Part shown: piece by piece, positions 1-13,519 of the stretch
Numbering within the stretch: the first letter of the stretch is position 1
Layout of the letters: every line of letters begins with the position of its first letter
Source: Chrysomallon squamiferum
Lineage: Eukaryota > Animalia > Mollusca
DNA: 64,000 nucleotides
Direction of reading: 5' to 3'
Assembly (NCBI GenBank): GCA_012295275.1
Contig: CM022671.1
Coordinates: forward strand, 8,618,001 to 8,682,000
Translations under genes and position numbers: made by a program
Notes under the pieces: model-generated
Databases searched by the model: none
What the model saw: only the letters and a program-made list of their open reading frames with translations
What the model was told of the DNA's origin: nothing

Positions 1-43
1 TGCTCTATCAATCGTTTTACAGTTAGAAATAATCAAGAATACT

Positions 44-46
<3 letters not shown>

Positions 47-120
<74 letters not shown>
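47..120. repeat. (CT)n microsatellite; similar GA/CT tracts near 19030-19252, 19818-19873, 22653-22748, 35367-35437, 50336-50547
   Basis: Direct reading. Confidence 0.95.
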
Positions 121-124
<4 letters not shown>

Positions 125-1552
125 AGATTAGTAAGATAATTAATTAGTAATTTTTATTTATTCAAAATAAAACAAAATGATAATAATCCTTTTAACATAC
201 AGCATTTAATACATGGTAATTACAACATTGCAGTAATAGGGAAACGTTAGTGCTACTACGTATGAACAGAAAGAAAGGTTACCTTTAAGTTATGTAGATT
301 ACGTAAAAAGCATAAACTATTGCTGAAATTCTACACTCTAAATGTCATGTTTTCTCTGAGTGTAACGAAATATCAAAGAGATTGTTTGTGTGTGTGTGTG
401 TGTATGTGTGTATGGAGCGGGTAGGTATGTCATGAAGTCTGCGTCATTAAATTACTGCACAAGAACATGTTTAGAATCCAAATGTAAGTGACACTTTGTG
501 TTAGTCATAAGAGGAATAAACTATACATTACTGGCGTGATTACTCAGCATAAATCAATGCAGTAATTGCTAAGAGGGACATAACAGATCTGCACTTATTT
601 GACTTTGAAAATCTCTTATTTTCATGACGATGTTTGAGTTTTTAGCGACAGGGCATTTTAAGACCGACGCCATCCATAGAAGATCTTTTCAAAGTTTGAT
701 AACATAACATTACGAATTAACAATCAGATTCTCCGCAGTTTGATCCTACTAAAGGATTCTGTTTATTTTTACTTTTTATTTTTATTTATTTTTACTTATT
801 TATTTTTTTATTTATTTTTACTTTATTATTTTTGCTTTATTATTTTTGCTGTATTATTTTATTTTACTTATTACTTTAACATTTTCCATTTATGTTTTAA
901 AAATCTCAAATTTATGAGGTGGCGCCCTCTAGCATGTGGCGCCCCAGGTTGTCTGCCCGAGTTGCTGATTCCCCCAGTCGTTCCTATACATGTAATACAC
1001 AAGAGTTTTCTTTTCCGAAATATTTTATTTCATTCTTTGGTCCAGATTTTGTCGGGTTTATTTGTTTATTGTTATAATTATTATTATTATATATATATAT
1101 ATAAAATAATAATGATAAAAACTCAAACTTTCACTTCCACAATTTTAGAATAAAAATATGGTGCCATATTTTGTTTCGGATTATCATTATTCAAGAGATA
1201 AACATTAAAGGATAATTCAGAACAAATAATGATTTCCGTCAGAGTGAAGACCTTGAAATATTTTAAAAGATTCAATAATAGTAAGTCGATATCTCTGTCT
1301 CTCACATGGAACTTTGTATTTTATTGTATTTTTTGTGTCATCATTACACAAAAAGTGTATTAATGAATCCTAACAACCGTTAATGAGATGTCTTCAGAAA
1401 TTCAATCTTTCACGTTGTAATAATTGTTAAAAAATCTACATTATTTGTCATTTATTACCTGTAACCAATACTGTTCAAATTTAATTATTTAATTTCTTTT
1501 TTCTTTATTTTTTTTTTTTTTTTTTTAATAATTTTCTTTCTTCCTTTTTTCC

Positions 1553-1595
<43 letters not shown>

Positions 1596-2009
1596 TTTCT
1601 TTGTTTCTTTGTTTTGTTTTTTTTTTTTTTTTTTTTTTTTTTTGTTTACTGTATATTTACAGTCTAAATACTTTAGTTTTTTCTGGTTCTTTATTTATTT
1701 CTTTATTTACCTATTTATTTCTTTTATTTTTTAAATAATTTTCTCTCTTTCTTTCTTTCTTTCTTTCTTCATTCCTTTATTTGTTTTTTTGGTTTATTTC
1801 TTTACTGTATATTTAAAGTCTAAACAGTTTTGTTTTGTGTTCTTTCTTTAATTCTGTCTTTACCTATTTATTTATTTAGTTTTGTTTTGCAGATTATAAA
1901 AAAAAAAAAAAAAAAATTATCTGACTGATAATCCTTGATGACATTATTATTTTCTATACAGGAATCTTCCGCTGCAGTGGAACAGATAAAACTGTTTTAA
2001 TTGTTTTAT

Positions 2010-2500
2010 ACTGCACCCACTTAAAGTCTGTTCCTCGTTTGAACAAACGGAGACGAGTTCTGGTACCTGCCCTACTACTACAGACTAGAACCGTTGACGA
2101 CATAGAAAAACCATGGACAAAGGCAAATGACGGAAGACGCTTTTATTTTACTGATGGAAATGAAGATAACACGTTTGTGTTTTCTACAGATGAGCAGATC
2201 AAATATTTCCTTTTATTTTGTGGAACCATTATTTGACCACTGGCCACAGAAAAATCAATAATCTAGAGAGTTTTCATGCCAGAATGAATCGGTTAATTCA
2301 ACTTCACTATCAAAATATATATACAGACTTGCAGAATTGATAAAAGGAATAGACACATCAGAACGTGCTAAATTGAGACAGATAAACTTTGGAACTGCCC
2401 AGCCACCAAGAAAGAGAGTTTACAAACAGAAGGAAAATAGACTCGTGAGACTGAAGGCGCAGCTAACCCTTGGCCAGAAATCACCCATTCATTTTTGGGG
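2010..2500 (+). mobile_element. Mutator-like (MULE) transposase remnant, internally deleted and frameshifted
   Basis: PWTKANDGRRFYFTDG..TFVFSTDEQI joined to FPFILWNHYLTTGHRKINNLESFHARMN..QNIY and AKLRQINFG..PPRKRVYKQKENRLVRLK, resembling regions before and after the DDE core of animal MULE transposases. Confidence 0.8.
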
Positions 2501-2734
2501 TTAAAAATTAGGATAAAAATGCGTCAAATAGACATGTTAAAATTGCTAAATAAATCACATTATTTATAATCTTGTTCTGGGTTATTGGATGTCCGTATTC
2601 TGGGAGGACACTGTATGCCCGAGTTGCTGATACTTTCAGTCGTTCCTCTACCTGTAATATACAAGTGTTTTCTTTTTCAAAATATTTTATTTCATTCTTT
2701 GGTCCAGATTTTGTCGGGTTTATTTGTTTATTGT

Positions 2735-2766
<32 letters not shown>

Positions 2767-3093
2767 TAAAACTTTCACTTCCACGGGTTTAGAATAAAAA
2801 TATGATGCCACATTTTGTTCGGGATTATCATTGTTCAACAGATAATAAACATTAAAAGAACACGATAATTCAGAACAAATAATGATTTCCGTCAGAATGA
2901 AGACCTTGAAATATTTTAAAAGATTCAGTAATAGTAAGTCGATATCTCTGTCTCTCACATGAAACTTTGTACTTTATTGTCTTTTTTGTGTCATCATTAC
3001 ACAAAAAGTGTATTAATGAATCCTAACAACCGTTAATGAGATGTCTTCAGACATTCAGTCTGTCACATTGTAATAATTGTTGTTGTTTTTTTG

Positions 3094-3503
3094 GTGTTTA
3101 AAATAGTTTTAAATAGATTTTCGAAATGTATCTGTTTGAAGAAGTGTATTTGTATTAAATATTACAATATTTTATACATTATTTTTAGAAAGGATCGTTC
3201 TAAATAGGTTTTGAAATAGTTTTAAATAGATTTAGAAATGCACTGTTTTGCTCTAGAAATATATTTTTAAGCATGTCTGATATATATGTTATATGTTATG
3301 ATATATATGTTGTATAGTTTTAAATGTAAATACATGTTTTTTTTAAAATATGATAACAAAATAATAAATATATAGACAAAGCAAGGACCTCAGCACACTC
3401 TAATAAACATTACATTGGTCAGTTTTAAGTCAACTCGAATCCCTAGAGAAAGAATTAAAAAATGATTTTGTTTTTTAAATAATAAAAGAATTTCGTGTGC
3501 CAG
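3094..3503 (+). repeat. Direct repeat of the Penelope 3' region (second copy 7065-7438), possible pseudo-LTR
   Basis: Colinear from gtgtttaaaa(t/c)agttttaaatagattt through tcaactcgaatccctagaga to tgtgccag. Confidence 0.8.
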
Positions 3504-3589
3504 TGCGTTCTTTAATTCTTAAATACTTACATGCGAGTGCAAGGTGTTCAATTTTATCTCTATTAAAACAAATGTAAATATCGATTCTA

Positions 3590-4279
3590 GGAAAAAAAGT
3601 CACAGAAAAAAAAACACAAGTAAAAAAAAGTCATAGGTAAAAAGGCTAAGAAAGAAAGATTAAACACATTTTGTCAGGGTTTTTTGTTAATGTTCTTTGA
3701 TTTTAATGTTAGTGGATGTTCCACCCAATATCACGAAGAAATTCAGCCAATTACAACTAGATCTTTTGACGCATTGCTACCCCATATAACAAATTTGTTA
3801 CCACTCGTATTGCTATGAATAACTTCCATATTAAACATGCTTCTGATACCAGTGAATGAATGAATGAAAAAAACATTAACGTGCTAATCAGAGCAAGCTG
3901 TTGTTAAGCACGTCTACGACGGGCACGCTTTCTGACAGATCAGCGGGTGTGTCTGTCGCACTGATACCAGAGCAAGCTGGAGGATATATTTTGAAACACA
4001 TTTTGACCTGGGACATTTTATAAATCATTTACAATAGGAAGCCCTTACTTATATCCTAATCAGTAAGCTAGACCTAATTCTGCCAAACTCATCCTGATTA
4101 ATAAGTGTAACAAGTCACCACCCCTGCACAATATGAAGCCTCTTTCTTTAATGTAGCCTAACCAATAAGCTTAACAATTACCCCATGCTACTACGATGCC
4201 ACATTCAATACTCCACAAACCGTACATTTTGTGATTTTTCCTGTGATTTTTTTCCTATAATAAATTGTGACTTTTTTCC
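3590..4279. mobile_element. Non-autonomous foldback/MULE-type element with modular inverted ends
   Basis: Left end has repeated G(A)nGTCACAG-like units (3590-3640); right end has inverted TGTGA(C/T)(T)nCC units (4230-4279). Confidence 0.55.
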
Positions 4280-4479
4280 AGCCACCTTCTTAACATTGTT
4301 GAGCGAATTCGAAATATTCTCGTAGCTTATTTGTATCTAATTTTGATCAAAAAATGTCAAAAGACAAAAGTATTCCTTAAATCAACATTGTTAAGATTAC
4401 TGTCTTGACATCAAAACAAAGTTAAACCAACATAAGTGGCTAGTTGTAAACATATTCATTGTTACCACAGCTTTGTAAT

Positions 4480-7435
4480 TAACACCCTAAACCCTTAACA
4501 ATAAGACTTCTAATCCAGTGTGATCTCTATGTATGTGAGCAAATTTCACCCCCTGTCAGTGTATTAGTTAAATATACCATAAATAGGCCATCAACCAAAC
4601 TTACTTCGGATTCGTCTCTTTAGGCTGTGAAGAAGCGCAGACAGTGTAAACATTTTCTTTCTTTTTTTGTAAGTACATAGTTATCTACTTGTACTGTTTT
4701 CTCTAAATATATATATTTCTATATACTTGTACCTTTGAAAACATGGCAAAACAAAATAATGCTAAAAACCAAAAATCAGACAATAACTTTAGCAATAAAA
4801 CAAACCCTCCGCCAGTTTAGAAAAGCTGATGTGTGGCAGTTTGCAATGCGAACATCACATTAAATTCCTGGAAGAGAGTCTCGCCAATTCTACTCTCCCT
4901 AAAGTTCTCCAAAAGAAAATGAAATAATTAAATTATTTTACAAAACCAGCTTTAAAATCAGTAGATGTAACATTTGATTTAAACCTTAATAACCAAAACT
5001 GGGCAGGTCAGACATTAAACTTACTGATTAAGCATTATGTAAATTCCCTAAAAGATCTTAAAAGCAAAATAATCAATTCTTTTAAATAAATCAGATTTTG
5101 AAAAAGCTAAATACAGTGCAGGAATAAACTGTAAAGACCAAAACCCCTCAGCTAGAACAAACCAGTTAAGAAACATGATAAGCTCTATCCGAAGAAAATT
5201 CCCCAAAAGTAAAACAAATTTTGCAGAGATAAACTTTCGGCAAATCAAAAATCACACCTAATACAATTAGAGGGATATAAACATATTACCATCAGTCTCA
5301 AACAACGAACTTGGATAAATAAATTAAATTTAAATAAATTAAATTTCGGTAATACAGAGTTAGGTACAAACATCGTAAATCTAACAGGAAAAACCGATAA
5401 TTTTGTTTTCTGGTTTAACAACCGTAATGGCCAGTTATTTTAGTGGAGAAAAAAATCAAAAAGGCCGGTGACACCCCATCCTTCAAAATTTTGAGTTCCG
5501 TCCCATTTAATTCGGTTTATTCGGTTATGGAACGACGTGCTCTCAACAATCTATGCAGAATAATAATCAAATAATTATCAATGGAAAATTACATTCGCGA
5601 AGCCCATAGACGAAATAAAATTCAACACAATTATTGTTCGTCTATGGGAAAAGGGCCATATGAATAATAAAAACAGATGAACTATCCCTAGCATCACGAT
5701 TTGAATCTCAGACTATTTACTCCCAAACAAGCCAGTTGAAACATGGACAGCTATTAACACAGCACCAATCATCTCTGACTGTGGATCGGAAACATTTCCG
5801 AACACAGTGACTCTTATTTAAAACCAGTTGCAAATAGACATGCTAGTTTTGTTAAAAATACAGATGAACTTTTATATAAATTTCTAAAAAAATAAATAAA
5901 TACCACTAAACTCCTTTTAGTCACCCTTTTTTTAATGTCACAAATTACAAAAGTATAGAATTTGAAAAATCCAATTACTTAGATTATAAAGTATGTTTTA
6001 AACCCACGGACACCCACCAACAGCTGCATTACAAATCATTTCATCCCCATCATACATTTAAAGACATCGTTAAATCTCAAGTCATTAGGTTCCTCAGAAA
6101 TTAAGCAACAAAGAAAATTTTAATAATGCTTGTTCAGTTCTATTTTGCGCTCTGAAATCGAGTGGTTAGAACAAAACGAGTTCTAAGGAAAATTAAATCT
6201 GAAACCATCATAGAATTAGAAAAACCCTTGCATCCAATTGACACATTTAAGCCATATAAAATCCAACATGATATTCCAGCTCACTTGGGTACCGGATCTG
6301 CAGCGACCAGGCTTCACGACATAATAAAATCTCAGTCTACGTTCAGTAGCGAACAAACAAAAAGTGAATATCAGATCCGAACTGACCTAGACTGCGATTC
6401 CAAAAATGTTGTGTATTTGATAACATGCAACTTGTGTAAAAAACAGTACGTCGGCCAAACACAAAACATGTTACGTGTTAGAACTGCTGGCCACAACTGC
6501 GATATTTGGCATGAAGTTGACATTCCTGTCGCCGAACATTTTAACCTACCTGATCATGTATTGGAGGATCATTTTGAAATAATCCCAAGAGCAGCAGATA
6601 CTCATTCTCGGTTCCTGAACTGAAACTGACCTTTTTAGACTCAGTAGATAAGCGTTTTGGATTCGCACTTTACAAACCAAAAACCCGTTTGGAATAAATG
6701 TTGAATCAGGCAAATGTAATGCGATAGATATAACAATTATCCCAATAATTTACAATCGCCGCAACATCCGTAAAATTATGAAGAAACAATTTTTTAACTT
6801 ACAGACTACTATGAAAAATCCAATAACAACACGTCCCGTCATAGCTTACAGAATAAAAACCAAGTCTAAAAGACAATTTTATCTCTACGCGATTTCTGAA
6901 TAATATGCCTGTATAAAGTTATGTTTCCAAAGGATTAATTCAAGGGTACTGAAATGTTTTAAAATGTTTTCAAAGGATGTCATGATTTATTAATGTTCTG
7001 GAATGTTTATTTGTTTTGAAATGTTACTTTTTTACAGACTTTGAGAAATGATATCTTCTAAATAGTGTTTAAAACAGTTTTAAATAGATTTATGATATGT
7101 ATTTGTTTGAAGAAGTGTATATATATTAAATATTACAATATTTTATAGATTTTTTAGAAAGGATACTTTCTAAATAGTTTTTGAAATAGTTTTAAACATA
7201 TTTAGAAATGTACTGTTTTGTTCTAGAAATGTATTTTTAAACTTGTCTTAACGCTTATGTATATAGTTTTAGAGATTTTATGCATATAAATAAACGTTTT
7301 TTTATAAAAATATATATATATATACAGACAAAGCGCCAAAGCACACTGTAATAAACATTACAATGCTCAATTTTAAATCAACTCGAATCCCTAGAGATAA
7401 ATATTTTTTTTAAATAATAAAATTATTTCCTGTGC

Positions 7436-7438
<3 letters not shown>
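4480..7438 (+). mobile_element. Decayed Penelope-like retroelement (RT remnant plus GIY-YIG endonuclease)
   Basis: RT N-part APIISDCGSET / YLKPVANRHASFVKNTDELL / LLLVT (5760-5925); thumb FKPTDTHQQLHYKSFHPHHTFKDIVKSQVIRF (5998-6100); GIY-YIG CDSKNVVYLITCNLCKKQYVGQT..R..H..PVAEHFN (6390-6560); many stops and frameshifts, RT core missing. Confidence 0.92.

Positions 7439-7505
<67 letters not shown>
7439..7505. repeat. (CA)n microsatellite; similar tracts near 8070-8143, 12915-12990, 24594-24649, 32277-32326, 47974-48014
   Basis: Direct reading. Confidence 0.95.
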
Positions 7506-7512
<7 letters not shown>

Positions 7513-7573
7513 TACACACATACATATATATACAGATAAAAGTATAATATAAAATTTAATATAAAGTATTTAC

Positions 7574-7609
7574 CTTGGCTTCTGTGTTTGATGCTTCACT
7601 CCAGTCTAC
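7574..7609 (-). CDS. Candidate 36-nt exon (VDWSEASNTEAK) of an unidentified minus-strand gene
   Basis: Minus strand gtgtttttccAG|GTAGACTGG...GCCAAG|GTAAAT; open in phase 0, compatible with the ATG exon at 11186-11188; product not recognised. Confidence 0.5.
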
Positions 7610-8067
7610 CTGGAAAAACACAACATGATGTCAATTGTTCATATAACGTCCAGTAATTCAATGTGCAATCAATTATTTAAAATAGATAAAAAAAATACAT
7701 ATACATTTCTAAAGTTTTTAACAATACAAAATAAAAAACACTTTCTTATTTTAAATTTATATATTAATTTTATTTCAAATATACGATCATGATGTTTCTA
7801 ATATGGCTTTTTTATTTTTTATTGTAGTCTTGCTTAGTCAGATCTTTATTTATTTATTTATTTAATTTTAATTTTTAATTTTTTTTATGCATTCATTATA
7901 ATTATAATTCTATTAATTTTAATCAGCATATACTATTTCAAAACATTAATTTCGTTAAGAATAATAAAAAAAATTATTGAGAATTTATTAAAACCGGACA
8001 TATATGATTCTCATTTTCTCATTTTAATTATTTATGTAATTATTTATTTATTTCGAATATATTTATC

Positions 8068-8145
<78 letters not shown>

Positions 8146-11100
8146 AATACGATGACTCTACATTTTCGTAGCAGATCTTTTCAAAGTTTGATCCCATAAC
8201 ATTTCAGACTAACAATCAGTTTGATTCTACTAAAGGAATTTTTACTTTTTATTTTTATTTATTTTAACTTATTTATTTTTGCTGTATTATTTGATTTAAC
8301 TTGTTACTTTAACATTTTCCCTATATGTTTTGAAAATCTCAAATTTATGAGGTGGCGCCCTCTAGCATGTGGTGCCCAGGTTGTCTGCCCGAGTTGCTGA
8401 TTCCCCCAGTCGTTCCTATACATGTAATACACAAGAGTTTTCTTTTCCGAAATATTTTATTTCATTCTTTAGTCCAGATTTTGTCGGTTTTGTTTGTTTA
8501 TTCTTACATAAAAAAAAAAATTTAAAAAAAACTTTCAGTTAAACAGTTTTCGAAAAAAAATTATGATGCTATGTTTTTTTCGGGATTATCATTGTTCAAG
8601 AGATAACGTTAAAGGAACACGATAATTCAGAACAAATAATGATTTCCATCAGAGTGAAGACCTTGAAATATTTTAAAAGATTCAATAATAGTAAGTCGAT
8701 ATCTCTCTATCTCTCATATGGAACTTTGTACTTTATTGTATTTTTTGTGTCATCATTACACAAAAAATGTATTAATGAATCCTAACAACCGTTAATGAGA
8801 TGTCTTCAGACATTCAATCTTTCACGTTGTAATAGTTGTTAAAAAATCTACATTATTTGTCATTTATTACCTGTAACCAATACTGTTCAAATTTAAATTT
8901 TTAATTTTGTCTTCCTCGTTTTGAAGCTTGTGGAAAGGGTGTGACTATAGATAGACATATGATTTTATTATTATTATTTTTTAAATAATTTTGTTTTGCT
9001 TCTTTGTTTGTTTGTTTCTTTAGTTCTTTAATATTTTTTAATTTTTTTTTTTTTTTTTTCTTTCTTTTATTTATTTGTCTAATTATACATTCAATTATTT
9101 ACTGTAAAAAAAATTGTGTGTTTATTTATTTCGTTTCATACCTATTTATTTATTTATTTTTGTTTCGCAGATAATAATAAAAAAAACCAATGATGATAAT
9201 AATAATAATTAATAAATACGAAAAAATATATATTGGAACTAATAATCCTTGATGACATTATCATTTTCCGAATAAAAAAGTATTAGACAAACATTAATTT
9301 CATTTCAAAAAATATAAACAAAATAACTAAAAATTAATAAAATTGGACATATGATTCTCATTTTAATTTATTATTCTTTTATTTATTTACTTATTTTGAA
9401 TATATTTATCACACACACACACACACACACACTTAATACGGTGACTCTAGTATTTTTAGCGACCTTGGCATTTCCGTAGCAGATCTTTTCAAAGTTTGAT
9501 TCCATAACATTTCAAATTAATAATTAGATTCGATTGTTTGATTCTACTAAAGGAATTTTTACTTTTACTTTTTATTTATTTTTACTTATTTATTTTTGAT
9601 TTATTATTTTATTTGATCTATTACTTTAACATTTTCCATTTATATTTTAAAAATCTCAAATTTATGAGGTGGCGCCCTCTAGCATGTGGCGCCCCAGGTT
9701 GTCTGCCCGAGTTGCTGATTCCCCCAGTCGTTCCTATACATGTAATACACAAGTGTTTTCTTTTCCGAAATATTTTATTTCATTCTTTGGTCCAGATTTT
9801 GTCGGGTTTATTTGTTTATTCTTATAAAAAAAAAAAAAATAATATATAATAAATGAAACTTTCACTTAAACAGTTTTAGAAAAAAAAATTAATATGGTAT
9901 ATTTTGTTCGGGATTAACATTATTCAGGAGATAATATTAAATGAACACGATAATTCAGAACAAATAATGATTTCCGTCAGAGTGAAGACCTTGAAATATT
10001 TTAAAAGATTCAATAATAGTAAGTCGATATCTCTGTCTCTCACATGAAACTTTGTACTTTATTGTATTTTTTGTGTCATCATTACACAAAAATGTATTAA
10101 TAAATCCTAACAACCGTTAATGAGATGTCTTCAGACATTCAATCTTTCAATAATTGTTTAAAAACCTCCGAGTATTTATGTATTTATTTATTATTTATTT
10201 ATTTGTTTAATTTTTTATTATAGTTTTCCGTCACTACTGCTATGAAAATTAAAAAAAGTAGATCTCTTCTTTTTCTTTATCATCTCTGTGTAAATGTTAG
10301 TAAACTGTCGCATGTATTCATTATTTCTAGCCAGAATAATGCCATGTAATTTAAAACTTGATTAATCTCATATGCAATTTTACTTGATCAGTTCATTCAA
10401 GCAAAAAACAAATTACAGGAAAAAGTCTACATTCAATCAAATTTTTCATCAGCACTGCCTCGCTAATTTCTTTCTTATTTTTTATTTTTTTATTGAATGA
10501 ACATTAAGCTATTTCTGCGACTAAGCCGTAGCGATTATATATAATCTGTGTAAACAAGTGAAAGTATAAGATCCGATCTTATTTTCAATATATATATATA
10601 TTTTTTTAATCATTTAAATATATTTTGTTAAAATGACATTTAAATTTATTTATGAGAGACTGTCTTCTACTGCTACTTTCAATATATTATTTTTAATTAC
10701 AGGAGATGAATAAAATCGTGTGTATATATAACGTGGTTTACAGATCACCCTGATTCGTGCGATTTTATTTAGCTGTAGAGCTATTGTTTAAAAAAAACAT
10801 TTTTAAAATATCCGTTAGTTTTGTTTAACTTTTTTTATATTTAAAGATATTCTTACATTTGTTTTTGTAACTGAATCTTTGCTAATAACAGAGCAAGTCA
10901 AATTTGAAAAGTAAAAAAAAAAAAGATAGAAAAAAGAAAAGAAAAAAGAAGATGAACCAGTTAGGATGAATAAGGGATTAAAAATTCGTTAATTCACTGA
11001 GTACACGATTGTAAAAAATGGGCTCAGTCTCTTAGGGTTTATTGTGCATTTCTCCGTGCGACATAACGTTATAGAAAAGAAAACATTACTTTACTGTTTT

Positions 11101-11185
11101 TCTGATTATTAGCAAAGAAAAGTCGCCAGTGACAAATAAAACAATTATTTAAAATTAGTTAAAAACCGGATTTTTTGTTTCTTAC

Positions 11186-11188
11186 CAT
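11186..11188 (-). CDS. Candidate ATG-only first coding exon of a divergent minus-strand gene
   Basis: Minus strand reads gcagaaaATG|GTAAGA: A-rich start context directly followed by a consensus donor, phase 0. Confidence 0.4.
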
Positions 11189-12074
11189 TTTCTGCAAAGT
11201 CTTTCTACTAAAATGTATACTGTTACGACTGGGAATGAATGTACATTGTTAAGTTCATATAATTATTATATTTGTGTATCTGAGTGTGCGTGTGACAATG
11301 TGTGTCTTTTTTGTGTTTGTGTCTGTGTGTATTCATGTCTGTATGTCTGTAGGTTTACTATCTACGGGACTGGTGATTTAGCTGTACCTAAATACTGTTG
11401 CAGTTTTGTAGCAAAATAACTGTATAGTTTACATGACATAATAAACTGAAAAAAAAGCCACAGTCGTATGATTATTGCTTGCTAACATCGAAACAAAAAA
11501 GCCTTTGTCATTCGCGGTTTCAAGTTTTATCTGCGTATTGTTAGTAACGATGTTATATAAATGTATTTTCCTGCTGCTGCTGTTTTTTTTCTCTCAAGAA
11601 AACACGATGTTACTGAAAACAAACCCAGGCCAGATGGAAAACGTAGGCCCAGTTCAAAAGTGTTCATTAATATTAATGTAATCATTTATGAATGAATATA
11701 AATATGTACATACAGCATATTTGATGTATTTACATTTATGCAATGTTTCCTGAATAAGTGTGAACGTGTAGTTATAGTGTAAATGTTGTAGTTACAAATA
11801 AAATAACTAAATAAATAAAAGAATTAAAACCATAATAATCGTCTTTACCCCCACCCCTTTATCTCTACATGGAAGAGTAAACCCTGTCAGTTATTATAAG
11901 AGAAAGGTTATAATAACCTTGACACACGCACGCATGCACACACACGCGCCCTCTCGTGTGTATTTGTATCTTCTTTTTTCTTCTGTTTTTTTTAACTTAC
12001 AGATACATTTTGTTTTAACGAAATAACTTGTTTTGTCTTACTGGCTTTAATACGTTTAAAAATTCTTCAGTGTG

Positions 12075-12170
12075 CACCTTGGGCTATTTCCCGTTCTAGT
12101 CAGAGTCTCGCGACCAGTTTAAGCCTATGATGTGTGCTTTCCTATCTACACACAATGCACGTAGAGATAC
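12075..12170 (+). mobile_element. Probable old SINE fragment; related inverted fragment at about 48805-48965 and tail-like fragment at about 45575-45650
   Basis: Weak mutual similarity (ctatttcc...atg(a/g)tgtgtg..tt..ct.tc...tgcac); resembles gastropod SINE sequence from memory only, no search run. Confidence 0.35.
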
Positions 12171-12913
12171 TATGTATCTATTTTTATTTAGTTATTATAC
12201 AGAAAAAAACCAGACAGAACAAACGACAACCAGTCTTTGACACTTCGCATTTGAATATGATAAATATTTATCATTTTTTTAAAATTAATTTGTTTATGCT
12301 GTTCGTATTTAATTTTATTTGCCCTGAAAACACCTGATAAAGTTTAAATATAAAGGCGAAAGTACAGGTAAGTTCATATACCTTTGATATTACTGACAGT
12401 TTATCGAAAGAGATTTTTCTTTATTTAAAGTGGTTTAGTTATTTACACTAGCGCATAATCTTTGCTGATAATCAAGTATAACACGTTGAAAGAAGCTATT
12501 AGAAAATTAATAATAATAATAATGAAGATGACTATGAAAATGATGGTGATGGTGAAGATGATGATGATGATGGCGGTTGTAGTAGTAATATTAGTAAAAC
12601 AGTAGTTGTAGTAGAAAAGTGACAACAACAACAAGGACAAGAACAACAGCAAATATAATAATAATATAAATAATAAAATTTCAGACATTAATAATATTTT
12701 TTTTTTAAATCCCACTAGCAGCAAAATAATAAAAGTAAGTAAGAACACAGTATCAGTTATATATATATTGTGTATGAAACGTTTTGTTAGAAACTGCTTT
12801 AGTTAGTATGTAACCTGTTACTCTACAGTAAAACGAAACATAATAATTACATCATAATATTTAATTTAATCAAGACACAACAAAGTCTGAAAGAAAAATT
12901 AAAATGTATGTAA

Positions 12914-12960
<47 letters not shown>

Positions 12961-12961
12961 A

Positions 12962-12992
<31 letters not shown>

Positions 12993-13519
12993 AAACTGGA
13001 GTCATTTGGGACCATATGCCTCTATAGATGGTTTATAAAGATTAAAATGACATGTAAGGAGAATATGTTTTTTTTATGGATGTTAAAACGTCTATCGAGT
13101 GTCAGCTGAAAAACAGCCTCTCAGTGATGACTGCGGGTTTGTTTTTTTTCGTTTTTTTTCTTTATTTTTTTTAGGTTTTTTTTTTTAATATTTCTCTCTG
13201 TCATGACCTCTGTGTTTAACATCGGTTACAAAAGTCTGCTTTCGGTTTTGTAGCAGCAAAAGATTTCATTTGCTTTATCATTTTAATGGCGTCAGTGTAC
13301 AAAAGTTCGATTCATTCGGTCACTCTGCGCATCGTCAGTCCTTTAAGATTTTTGAATTTTTGCCGGATGTTACTCTCTGCCGAAATGTTCGTTTCGTACG
13401 TTTGCAGATAATGGTGACAAAGTTTTTAAAATAGTCAAATACTCTCTGTCTTCATATTTTAAAAGTATGTATACGTGTTACGCATGTGTGTCTGTGCATA
13501 TATATATATATATATATAA

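Larger units (their letters stand above)
680..10150. repeat. Locally amplified repeat, four same-orientation copies (about 680-1955, 2616-3080 partial, 7940-9270, 9290-10150)
   Basis: Near-identical blocks, e.g. gaagaccttgaaatattttaaaagattc and aatcctaacaaccgttaatgagatgtcttcaga in all four; ggtggcgccctctagcatgtgg in three. Confidence 0.92.

Noticed and set aside
740-1305. Repeated ORFs MRWRPLACGAPGCLPELL and MRDRDIDLLLL
   Set aside because: They recur only because of the DNA repeat; copies differ by frameshifting indels.
12330-12373. Strong donor CAG|GTAAGT at 12367/12368
   Set aside because: No ATG frame or acceptor partner identified; could be a non-coding exon but unsupported.
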